A DNA stretch of 64,000 nucleotides from Rebecca billardiae RCC1528 (lineage: Eukaryota; Protista; Haptophyta): positions 1,488,001 to 1,552,000 of the forward strand of contig OZ251238.1 of assembly GCA_965240325.2 (NCBI GenBank), in the 5' to 3' direction. Both the position numbers and the translations under genes were made by a program. The notes under the pieces were generated by a model. It ran no database searches, was not told the origin of the DNA, and saw nothing but the letters and a program-made list of their open reading frames with translations. How positions within the stretch are numbered: the first letter of the stretch is position 1; each line of letters opens with the position of its first letter. This document shows positions 24,001-34,634 of the stretch, in pieces.

Positions 24001-24377
24001 CTCCTTCTTGCGCCGCTTGCCCGGCACGGCGGCCGCGGCTGCGCGGCGCGGCGGGCGGGCGGGCGTGCGCGCGCGCGCGCGCGGAACGGGCGGGCGCGCG
24101 TGAGCGCTCGCGCGGCGCACACGCGGAGCGCGCGCGGCGCGCGGGCGGCGCGCGGGCGGCGCGCCGCGCACCGCCGTCCGCACCGCCGCCGCCGTCCGCG
24201 CCGCCGCCGCCCGCGCCGCCGTCGGCCGCGCCCGCCGCCGCCTTTTTGCGCTTGGCGCCGGCGCCGCCGCCCGCGACGCCGGCGGAGCGCTGGCGCTTGA
24301 GCGCTCCGGCGGCGTCGTCGGCGGCGGCGCCCGCGCCGCCCGCGCCCGCATACGCACCCCCGCCCAGCCCGATCCCT

Positions 24378-24409
<32 letters not shown>

Positions 24410-26085
24410 GCCCGGCGCGAGCGCGCGCGCGGCGCCGCCGCCCGCGCCCGCGCCGCCGCCGCCCAGCCCGCCCGCCGCCGAGCTCACCGCCCCCATCTTC
24501 GCCGCGGCCAGCTGGCGGCGCAGCGGCAGGCAGACAGGGCACATCTGGTCCTGGCACTCGCGGTGGTGGCGCATCAGCTTCTTGCTCAGCGCGCAGCGCG
24601 GGTACTGGCACGAGTCGCCCGCGCGGCACTGCCGCGTGTGCTGCGTCACGAGCTCCTTCGTCTGCCCGCACTCGGCGACGCGGCAGTCCGACGCCTGACA
24701 TTTCATCACGTGTGCTAGCACGAGCAAAAAGCGCGCCTGCGCCTGCACGTGCTTCTGCTGCGCGAGCGCGGGGTCGGGCGGCGCGGCGGTGGCGCCGGCG
24801 CCGCCGCTCGGCGGCGGCGCCGCGCCGCCGCCGCCGCCCGCCGCGGCCGAGCCGGCCGCGCCGCCGCCGCCGCCGCGCGCGGCCGCGGCCGCGGCGGCCG
24901 CGGCCGCGCCGCCGCCGCCAAACCCGCCGCCCGCCGCGCCCGCCGCGCCGCCCGCCGCGGGCGCGCCGCCGGCAAAGACGGGCGCGCCCGCGCCCGCACC
25001 GCCCGCGCGGCCCACCGCCGCCGCCGCCGCCGCCGCCGCGTGCGGCGTCGCGGCCGCGCCGCCGCCGAGCCCGCCGCCGCCGCCGCCGCCGCCGCCCGCC
25101 GCCGCGGCCGCGGCCGCGGCCGCCTGCTGCTGCCGCTGCGCTTTTGCGCTCAGAATCTGCGCGAGCTCGTGCTTGGCGCGCTGGCAGTAGGAGATCGGGC
25201 ACTTGCCCGGCTGGTGCGTGCAGTGCTGCGCGCGGAGCGGAGCGGAGAGCGCCGCCGCGCGGGTGGGTCGAGTGAGCCAGTCGGCGCGCGCACGCGCGCG
25301 CGGCGCGCCGCCGCGCGCACGCAACGCGCCGCCCGAGCGCGCGTGCGTGCGCCGCCGCCGCCGCCCCCGGGCACCCACCTTGGCGTGGATGTAGGTGAGG
25401 GGCTTGAGCTTGGTGCAGATCGGGCACGACGCGGTGGAGCACTGCAGGAAGTGGTGGTGGATCTGCGCGAGCGTTCGGGTCCGGGTAGGGTGCGCGCGGC
25501 GCGGCGCGCGGCGCGGCGCGCGGCGAGGCGCGGCGGGCGGCGGGGGCGGCGGGGGCGGCGGGGGCGGCGGGGGCGGCGCGGCTGAGCGCACGGCGCGCGG
25601 CGGCGGCGGCGGCGCGGACGGGCGCGCGGCTCGGCTGCGCGCGGCGCACGCCACTGCGCCCGCTGCGCGCGCGCACCTTCTTCATCTTCTCGCAGTGCCC
25701 GATCTCGCAGTTCGCGTTCTGACAGCCCGCCGCGTGCACGAGCACCGCTGCCGCTGCCATCTCGAGCCTCTGCGTCTGCTGCGCGGAGCCGGGACGTGCG
25801 GCGGCGGCGGCGGCGGCTGCGGCGGCGGTGCCTGTGGAGGCGGAGGCTGCGGCGGCGGCGGGGGGCGTGGGCAAGGCGGCGGAGCCGCCGCCGCCGCCGA
25901 GCGCGGCGGGGAGCGCCGCCGCGCCGCCGCTGCCGCCGGCGCAGCCGCAGCCGCCGCCGCCGCAGCCGGCCGCGCCGCCCGCCGCCGCGCCCGCGCCGCC
26001 GCCGCACGCGCCGGCCAGCAACGGCTTGGGCTCGGCGGCGGCGGCGGCGGTGCCGGCGGCGGCGCCAGCGGCCGCGGCCGCGGCC

Positions 26086-26121
<36 letters not shown>

Positions 26122-27113
26122 TCCTCCTCCTTCACCTTCACGTCGGGCGGCGCGGCCGCGGCCGCGCCGCCCGCCGCGGCCGCGCCGCCGCCCGCGGCCG
26201 CGTCCGCCGCGCCGCCGCCGCCGCCGCCGCCGCCCGCGGCCGCGCCGCTCGCGGGCGCGCCGGCCAGCGCGGCGGGGTTGGCGGTGGTGCTCGCGCCGAT
26301 GGCGGCGGCGACGGCGGCGAGGTTGCTCGCCGCGCCGCCGTCCGCATCACCCTTCAGCGCGCCGCCGCCAACGCCCGCGAGCCCGCCGGCCGCCGCCGCC
26401 GCGGCGGCCGTGGCGGCGGCCGCGGGCGCGCCGCCGGCCGCCGCGCCCGCGCCGCCCGCCGCGTCGGTCGGCGGCGGCGCGGCGCCCGCGCCGCCGGCCG
26501 CCGCGTCCCCCGCGGCCCCGGCGGCGCCGGCTGCGCCGCCCGCCGCAGGCGTCGCCACGCCGTTGGGCGCGTCGGCGGCGGCGGTGCCGGCGGCGGCGGC
26601 GGCGGAAGCGGCGGCGGCGTCGGCGGCGCCGGCGCCGGCCGTGCCGGCCGCGCCGCCTGCGGCCGGGGTGGGCTCCGGCGCCGCCGGCGGCACGGGCGCG
26701 CCCGCGCCCTGCGCCGCCGCGCCCGCCGCGCCCGCCGCCGCGCCCGCCTCCGCGCCCGCGCCCGCGTCCGCGCCGGCGGCGGCGGCGGCGGCCGCGCCCG
26801 CGGCGGCCGCGCGCGCGCCGTCCGCCGCGCCGGCCGCGGTGGCCGAGGGCGCGGCGCCCGCGGCGTCGTCGCCAGCGGGCGGTTGCGTGGGAGGCTTGGG
26901 CCGAGGCACCGTGAGCTGCTTCAGCGCCAGCCGCAGCGCCGGCGCGTCATCTCCCGCGATCTCGCGCACGTGCCCCAGGAACTGGTGGCGGTCGAGTTGA
27001 ACCTCGCGCTTCTGCAGGCGCTGGACGAGGTCCTCGAGCTGGTCGCACTTGTCGTTGGGGATCTGTCCGCGGATGGCTTTGATCAGGTCCGGCAGGCTCA
27101 CCGACTCCGCCAT
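19942..27113 (-). CDS. EP300: CBP/p300-family (KAT11) histone acetyltransferase, multi-exon: RST-like N-terminus, two TAZ zinc fingers, Tudor-like segment, RING/PHD, HAT
   Basis: [84 protein letters not shown]; TAZ-type His/Cys arrays at ~25750-25170 and ~24720-24530; ATG at 27113; many GT-AG introns. Confidence 0.9.
21371..21890. repeat. Three intronic arrays of the 12-mer GGCGGGCGTAAC (x5 at 21371-21430, x2 at 21713-21740, inverted x3 at 21851-21890)
   Basis: Directly visible. Confidence 0.92.
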
Positions 27114-27636
27114 GCCGCGCCTGGGCCCTCCCGAGCCGGTCGCGCGCGCGGCGGCCGACAAAAGGCCCGGCTGCGCGCCGGCGGCGGTGAGGCGGCGAGG
27201 TGGGCGCCTCGGGCGCCGAGCGCCAGCGGGCGGCGCTCGGGCGTGCGCTTCGCCGCGCCTTTCGCGCGGCGGACGTTCGCCGCTGGGGCCGCCTCGCGCC
27301 GCTGGGCCCCGCTGATGCCGGGCTCCCGCGGGCGCTGGCGGTGGCTGCGCCCCAGTGCTGTGGACACTGGGCGGCGAGCGCTGGGCGGCGCTGTGGAGGG
27401 CTGCGCTGCGGCGGCCGCTTTGACGGGGGGCGGCCTTCGCGCGCACACTGCGTTTTTTTGGCCCTCGCTGCGAGCGCTCGCTCGCCAAGCCGCGCGCAAG
27501 GGCTTTCGAGCGGGTGGCCCGGCGTCCGGAGAGTCCGGTGAGTGCTCCGGACGCACCCGGACGGCGCCCCTTGATTGCGCCGACTGCGCTGGGGCCGCGC
27601 CGGGAGCGGCGGCCCCGACACGCCGACGCAAGGACG

Positions 27637-28635
27637 ATGGCAGCCCGCCCCGCGACGCGTGCGCTCCTCGCGCTCGCCGCGGCCGTGGCGCTGGCGCACG
27701 GCGCCGCGCCCGCGCGCGTGTCGCGCGGCACGAGCGCGCTGCTCCGCGCGCCGCCGCGCGCCGCGGCGCACCACCATCGCGCGCTGCCGCACCCGCACCA
27801 CCGCCGCCGCGCGGCGCCGCGCGCGGCGGTCGCCGCCGACGCCGCCGCCGACGCCAAGGCGGCCCTGCTCGCGTTCAGCGCGCCGCTGAGCGACGCGGTG
27901 CGGCAGCAGGGGGCGGTGTCGGAGCTGGTGCTCGAGCTCGAGCGCGCCAACCCCACCGCCGCCCCGGCGCGCGCCCCCGGACTCCAGGGCGACTGGGCCG
28001 TGCTCGCTCCCGGACTTTTCGGCCCAGGACTCGTCGACTCGCCGACGCGCGAGCTCGCGCTTGCGCTGTACGCGGGCGGGCTGAAGCCGGGGCTGCTGCT
28101 GCAGCTGCTGGACAAGCTGCCCGCACCCGCGGCGGGCGCGCTCTCCGTCGACGCCCTCGCCGTCGCCATCCGCCCGTACGGCGGCGCGGCCGGCGCGGCC
28201 GGCGCGGCCGGCGCCTCGCTGCTCTCCGCAACCGCGACGCTCGCGGCAAGCGTTTTGGGCCGAGCCTCGGGCTCGCTCTCGCTGCGCTCGGAGCTCGAGG
28301 TGCAGGGCGACGCGAGGCTGTGCGAGACGTACACCGCGCTCGAGCTCGGCGGGCGCAGCGTGCGCGCGCGCCCGCGCGCCGCGCCGCGCGCGCCGCCGAC
28401 GCCGCCAAGCGCGCCGCTGCGCCGACCAAAGCCGCCGCCGCGCCCGCGCCGCGCCCGCGCCGCCCGCGCCGCCCGCGCCGCCCGCGCCGCCGCAGGTCGA
28501 GATCCCGGCGCAGCTGCGGCCGAGCCGCACGCTGCTCGTCACGTACCTCGACGAGGAGCTGCTCGTCGTGCGCGACGAGTCCGGCGTCGCCGAGGTGCTC
28601 CGCCGCGACTCGCCCGTGCCGGTGGCGTGGGAGCC

Positions 28636-28673
<38 letters not shown>

Positions 28674-28861
28674 CGGTGGCGTCGTCGGCGTCGGCGGCGT
28701 CGGCGTCGGCGGCGGGTGCGGCGTCGGCGGCGGGTGCGGCGTCGGCGGGAGCGGCGGCGAGCGGCGGCGTGGAGGGGCTGTACACGCCGCCCGCCGGGGG
28801 CGCGGCGGACGCGGCGGACGACGGCGCGTCGGAGGACGAGATGCCGTCCGACCTCGACTGA
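27637..28861 (+). CDS. Plastid lipid-associated protein (PAP/fibrillin) with signal peptide; intron 28360-28495
   Basis: AKAALL, LELERANPT, LQGDW and TYLDEELLVVRD motifs; hydrophobic N-terminal leader; removing the GT-AG intron restores the frame. Confidence 0.8.
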
Positions 28862-29060
28862 GCCCCCGCCTGGGAGATTGCGATCTCGCGCAGCGAGCGG
28901 TCGGAGGACGAGATGCCGTCCGACCTCGACTGAGCCCCCGCCTGGGAGATTGCGATCTCGCGCAGCGAGCGGTCGGAGGACGAGATGCCGTCCGACCTCG
29001 ACTGAGCCCGCCCCGCCTGGGAGATTGCGATCTCCCGAGCGAAATTGCGATCTCGCGCAG
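28829..29060. repeat. ~72-bp tandem triplication spanning the fibrillin stop codon
   Basis: TCGGAGGACGAGATGCCGTCCGACCTCGACTGAGCCC...GAGATTGCGATCTC x3. Confidence 0.92.
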
Positions 29061-29538
29061 CGGGCGGCTGCGCGGCTCGCAGCGCCAGCGGCTGTCTCGT
29101 GCGCGCACGCACACACCCGCCCACCACGGCGGCACGCGCCGGCCGCACCTGCGCCGAGCGCCGCTGACGACGGGACGCAGACGCGTCCGTCCGCCTGCCA
29201 GCAGATTGCAATCTCAAGCCAGCAGATTGCAATCTCAACTCTGGCGCCTCGGCGGCGGCGCGCGAGGCGGCAGCGGGACTGCTCGCTGCGACGGCTGAGG
29301 GCGCCCGGACTCGGCGAGAAGAAGGAAGAGGGCGCGTGCGCGGGCGACTGGGCGAGCACGCCAGGGCGCGCCCTGCCGGCCGCCGTCGTATATACCTATT
29401 GCTACCTCTGCATATATATGCTTCCGTCCGCGCGCACGCTATATATGCGCTATATCGTCATATCGTCATAATCGTCTCTCCTCAGCGCCGGGCGCCACGG
29501 TGACGGGACCCGGTCTGGCGGTCACGGACCGTCAGGCG

Positions 29539-32500
29539 TCAGCTGAAGAAGTACTCGGAGCGGCGCACCTCGTCGAGGTCGAGCGAGCCGCGCGGCGGCG
29601 GCGGCGGCAGCACGTCGGCGAGCTCGGGGTGGCGGCGCAGCACCTCGGCGCGGAGGCCGTCGAGCAGGTCCTGCGAGTGCAGCTCGACGAACTGGTCGCG
29701 CAGGATGTGCGCCATCGGCTCGACCGTGCCGGCGTGCGTCCAGAAGCTATCGTGCACCGCAGCGAACGTAATCCCGTGCGCGTAGCACTGCACCGCGGTC
29801 TGGAGCATGTGCGTCGAGTCGAGCGAGTGGACGAAGTTGGGCGCGAAGGCGGTGGCCTGCTTGCGCGCGTTGACGCGGAAGCGCGGGTCCCACGTGGGAA
29901 CGTTGAGCCGCTGCAGCGGGGTCTTGATCGTCGCGGTGTCCGGCGTGCGGTACGGCTGCGCGACCGGCAGCCCGAGCGGCGTCGTCCAGCGCATCGGCTC
30001 GTTCGTGTGCTGCGGGCGGCGGCGGCGGCGGGCGGGCGGGCGGCACGGTGAGCGGAGCGGGCGGCCAACGGGCCCGCCGCGCGGCAGGCGGCGCAGCCTC
30101 CATCCGCGCCCGCGCGCGACACACAGCAGGGACCCAACATCCGGCGAGGCGCGAAAAAAAGAGGGAAAGGAAAAACACCGACCAGAAAAGGACAGAAAAG
30201 AAAAAGAAAAAGAAAGGAAAAAGAAAAAGAAAAAGAAAAGGCGCAGCACTCACCCGACACACGGTGGAGGCGACCTCCTTGAGCCAGCGCATGCACGCGT
30301 CGGCCTCGGAGAAGACCTCGCCGAGCGAGGCGAGCGTCACCGTCGCCACGTGCACCGAGAGCCGCCGCACCGCTGCCTCGCTCAGCGCGCCGCCCCGCAG
30401 CTCCGGCAGCGCGGCGAGTTTAGACTGCACCTGATCGGCAGCGCCGACGGCTGTGACTCCGTAGACGGAGGTCATGACGGTCTGCTTGACGACCTTGCGC
30501 GAGAGGAGGGCGCGGAGCGGGAGGCGCGCCACGCCACCCTCGCACGCGTCCGCGCCCTCGCCCACGCCCGCCGCCGCGGCGCCGACCGGCCGATCCCCGA
30601 TCTTTTGCAACACGCGCTCGAGCACGCGCGTGTACACGTCACCCGGGCGATCGCCCGGCGTCAGGTTGACTTGTGCGCCGCCCTCCGCGTCGCGGCCGAG
30701 CGCCTGGCGCGCGAGGGGCGGCGTGGGGCGTGGTGGGGGAGGGCGGGCGAGGTGGTGGGGCGCGTGAGCGCATGCGCGCGCGGGACGGCCGGGCGCACAC
30801 GCACACGCGCACGCGCACGCGCACGCGCACACACGCGCGCACACGCACACACACACGCACACGCGCACGCACACGCGCACGCACGCACACACGCACGCGC
30901 ACACGCGCACACGCACGCGCGGCACAGAGGGGCCCCACACAACGGGGCGCGCGGGGAAGGACACGCGCCGCGCGCGCGCTCCGCACCGCGTAGTGCTGCA
31001 GCCCGTTGCACGAGCCATCCATATGCACCGGCAGCGCAGACGGCGCAAGCGGCCGCGCGTGCGCCGGCACGCGGTCGAGACGCGCCAGCTCGACGCAGCA
31101 GGCGAGCGCTTGGAACGGGTTCTCGCGGTCGAGCCACCAGCCGGGGTCCGCGGCGGTGCCCGCCGCGCCGGCGCCGCCGCCCGAGCCCGCCGCCGCCGAC
31201 CCCGCGCCGGCGGCGGGCGCGAGCTCGGCGAGCGGCCGGTCGCCCAGCGGGTCGCGCGCCGCCGCCAGCACGTGCCCCCAGTGCGCGTCCGCCCACGCGG
31301 CGCGCTCGGCGAAAGGCGCCTTGTCGAAGCCGCAGAGGTTGGCGAGGTGGACGCGGAGCCAGAAGAAGCCGCGCTCGCCGAGCGGCCTCGGCTCGGCGAA
31401 GGTGAGCAGCGCGCGCGCGCCGTCCGCGCCCATGTGGTTCAGGTTGGGCGGCAGCGGGTACGCGCGCCCGCGGAAGTCGGCGTTGTGCGGAAAGTACAGC
31501 CGACCCCCGGACTCTGGGCCCCCGGACTCTGGGCCCCCGGACTCTGGGCCCCCGGACTCTGGGCCCCCGGACTGTGGGCGGCCGGAGCGGTCGGCGGGCG
31601 CGGCGGGGTCGGCGCGCGCGGCGCACGCGCTCGCCTGCTCGAGCTTCAGCGCGGCGTCGCACGCGAGCGAGTGCTGCTCGCGGTTCGCCTTGTGCACTCG
31701 GAAGCGCTCCGCGAGCCACGCTCGCCGCACGGCTTCGACGCGCGCCGCCTCCGCCGCCGCCTCCGCGGTGGGCGCGGCGGGCGCGGCGGGGTGCGGGGCG
31801 AGGCGCGCCGCGCGCCGCGCGGCGCGCTCGTCCTTCGCCGCCGCGAACGCCGCCGCCACCTCGGGCGGCGGCGGCGGCAGCGGCTGCGGCACGCGCCTCG
31901 GCAAGCCCGCCACGCCGCCGCCGCGCTCATAAAACAAAGCGCGCTGCGCGGCGAGCACGGCCGTGTCGACGCGCCACGCGGTGAGGCCGAGGACGGAGAG
32001 GGCGAGGTAGAAGCGCGACGGGCCGCCCGGCTGGGCCTGCATCTCCGCCGCCTGGTCCGCGCGGAGCGAGCGCACCACCTCGCGCGGCAGCGAAGCATAG
32101 CCGCCACTTTCGACGCCCGTCCACGGCAGCGGCGGCACGCGCATCGGCAGCAGCCGCATCTTGGTGAATGGCGCGAGCAGCGCGGCGGCGGCGGTGCCGG
32201 GCGCGCCGCCGCCGCACGCCGACGGCGACGCCGCGTCCGCTGAGAGCGCCGCGGTGAAGTCCGCGTGCAGCGCCGGGTGCAGCGTGAGCGTGCCGAGCTG
32301 CCGCGCGCGCCCGCCGCGCCGCCGAGATCCGATCTCGGCGCGAGATCCGATCTCGGCGGCGCGCAAGTCCGGGTGCGCCTCGACGGCGTGGCTCACAATC
32401 GGCAGGCGGAGGAGGCGGGCGTCGTCGTCCGCCACGCCGCGCGCGCGCGCGGCGAGTGCCGAGTGCGGGCCCGGGCCGCCCGCCGCGTCCGCGCCGGCGT

Positions 32501-34352
32501 CGAACCAGCCGACGTCCGCCGCCGCCGCCGCCGCCTCCGCCTCCGCCGCCGCCGCCGCCGCCTCCGCCTCCGCCGCCGCCGCCGCCGCCGCCGCCTCCGC
32601 CTCCGCCGCCGCCTCCGCCTCCGCCGCCTCCGCCGCAGCGCGCGCGGACGCCGCCGCCGCCGCCGACGACGGCGCCGCCGCCGGTGGCACGCGCCACGCC
32701 GCGTGCACGTCCGGCTCGACGGCGCGGCCGAGCGGGTCGCGCGCCGCCGCGTCGCCGCCGTCCGCCAGCCACGCCGCCGCCTCGGCCGCGGCCAGTTCAA
32801 AAGTGCATGCGCCGTGCAGCGCTGAGATGACGAGGGCGGCGCCGGCTTGCGCGACGCCGGGCTGCGAGGCCCACGGGCACGGCGACATCTCGGGCGGCGC
32901 GCCCGCCCCAACCAGCGCCGCGCCGCCGCCGTCGGCACCCGCCGCCGCCGCCCCGCCCGCGCCCGCCGCCTCCGCGCGCCGAGCGTCGCGCCGCCAGCGC
33001 CGGCGCGCGCGCAGCCACACGTCCAAGCGCTTTCGGTCCGACTCCTCCTTGAGCGCGGCCGCGAGCGCGCCGGTGAGCTCGTGCAGCGGCGCCTGCCCCG
33101 CGCCCGCGCGCAGCAGCAGCGAGAGCGTCACGTGCACGCCGAGCGTCGCCGCCACGTCCAGCTCCGTGCAGCCCGCAAGCGCGGCCCACGCGCGCGACTC
33201 GCGAGACGGCCGCGCCTGCTTGCGCGCGGCGGTGAGCGCGCGCCCGCGCGCCGCGCCGCGCGCGCCCGCCGCCGCGTCGGCGGCGGCGGGCGCGGCCCCT
33301 GCGGGCGGCGGCGGCGGCAGCGAGCCGTCCTCGGCGGCCGCGCCCGCGAGCTGCCCCGCCGCCTCCGCCGCCGCCGCCGGGGCCACCAGCCCGCGCTCGG
33401 CGGCGGCCGCGGCCGCGTCGGCGCCCGCCGCCGGTGCCGGGCGGAGGAGGCCGCGCTCGGCGGCCGCGGCCGCGAGCGCGCGGTGGAGCTGGTCGCACCA
33501 GTCCTTGAGGCAGGAGCGCGGCACGAGCGCGCCCACGCGCGAGCCCAGCTTGCGGCGCACCAGCTCGGCGCGCGTCTCGAGCTGCCGCTGCAGCGTCTCC
33601 GCCGCCGCGAGATTTTCATCTCGGAGCTGAGATCGCACGAGATCGTCCCGCACATAGCGGCTGGGCGGCTCGAGCGTCGCGTACGGCGGCACGGCGAGCG
33701 CGCGCGCGTGCGTCGCCGGCCGCGCGGACGCACACGCCGCCGACGCCGCCGTCGCCACGGCCGACGACTCGCGCCGCGCGCCCCTCGCCGCCGCCAGCGA
33801 AGCCAGCTCGCCCTCCAGCGCAGCGAGCCGCTCACGCAGTTCTTCGCCGTGGAGCGAGACGGCCTCGGCCTCGAGGAGGGAGCGCTCGAGCGCGGCGGGG
33901 AGGGGCTGCGAGGCGGCGGCGGCCGCGGCGTGCTGCGCCTCCGCGCTCGGCGCCGCGAGCGCGCCGCCGCGCCGCGCCGCCGGCTGCTGCGGCCGCGCGG
34001 GCGGCGCGGGCGCGCCCGGCGGCAGCAGCGGCTCGAGCCACGGCGAGAGCTCGGCGGGCTCGTGCGCCCAGGCGGAGGTGAGGTCGGGGTCGAGGGGCTC
34101 AAAGTGGAGCAGCGCGTCGTCCTCGTCCAGCGCCGAGCCCACCTCGCCGCGCAGCAGCGCGTCGAAGACGGCGAGCGAGCGCGGCGCCGCCTGCTGCGTG
34201 CTCAGCGCGCGCGCCCACTGCGACGCCGCGCGCGGCGGCGGCGGCGGCGGCGCGGCGGGCGGCGCGGCGCGGCGGGCGGCGGCGCGCAGCAGCGCGCGGC
34301 CGTGCGCGCGGAGCGGCGCGCCGAGCCCCGCGCCCACGCCGCGGCCGTGCAT
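29539..34352 (-). CDS. POLRMT: Nuclear-encoded T3/T7-type single-subunit RNA polymerase (mitochondrial type); introns approx. 30703-30986 and 30011-30252
   Basis: FPHNADFRGRAYP, PVHMDGSCNGLQHYA, RKVVKQTVMTSVYGVT, PNFVHSLD, VHDSFWTH, terminal YFFS; Arg/Ala-rich transit-like N-terminus. Confidence 0.93.
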
Positions 34353-34634
34353 GGCGGTGCGTCGGCGCTGGCAGGCGCAGCGCCACGAGCCTGTTGCCTC
34401 GCGACACGCCCGAGTCGCGAGGTGCAGCAGAAAGGTGGCGCAGCGCGGCACATTATTTGGGCGAGTCCGGTGGATCTGTTTAGGTCTGGAGCTACTTTAC
34501 TCACTTGGTCGTACATTGGTCAAGCGGCGTCCTTGATTCGCTGTTTCGTTCGTCGCTTTCGGTCGCTCGGCGCGCGCGCGGAGATTTCAAAGAAATAGAG
34601 GGGGTAGAACCGAAAGCTCACCTCCCGGACTGAA

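Noticed and set aside
28829-29060. CRISPR-like array of palindrome-containing repeats
   Set aside because: Units are contiguous duplicates with no unique spacers, there are no cas genes, and the context is eukaryotic.
23955-29471. 1459-aa and 1358-aa ORFs spanning CBP and fibrillin
   Set aside because: Stop-poor GC-rich DNA reads through introns, intergenic and antisense sequence; the real genes start at 27113 (-) and 27637 (+).
30795-30920. (GCAC/AC)n tracts here and at 54570-54650, plus GCAGTGGGCGC arrays at 54965-55098
   Set aside because: Ordinary intronic simple repeats with no further structure evident.
29539-34352. Prophage or viral origin of the T7-like RNA polymerase
   Set aside because: Spliceosomal introns, a transit-like N-terminus and a YFFS end indicate the standard nuclear-encoded organellar enzyme.
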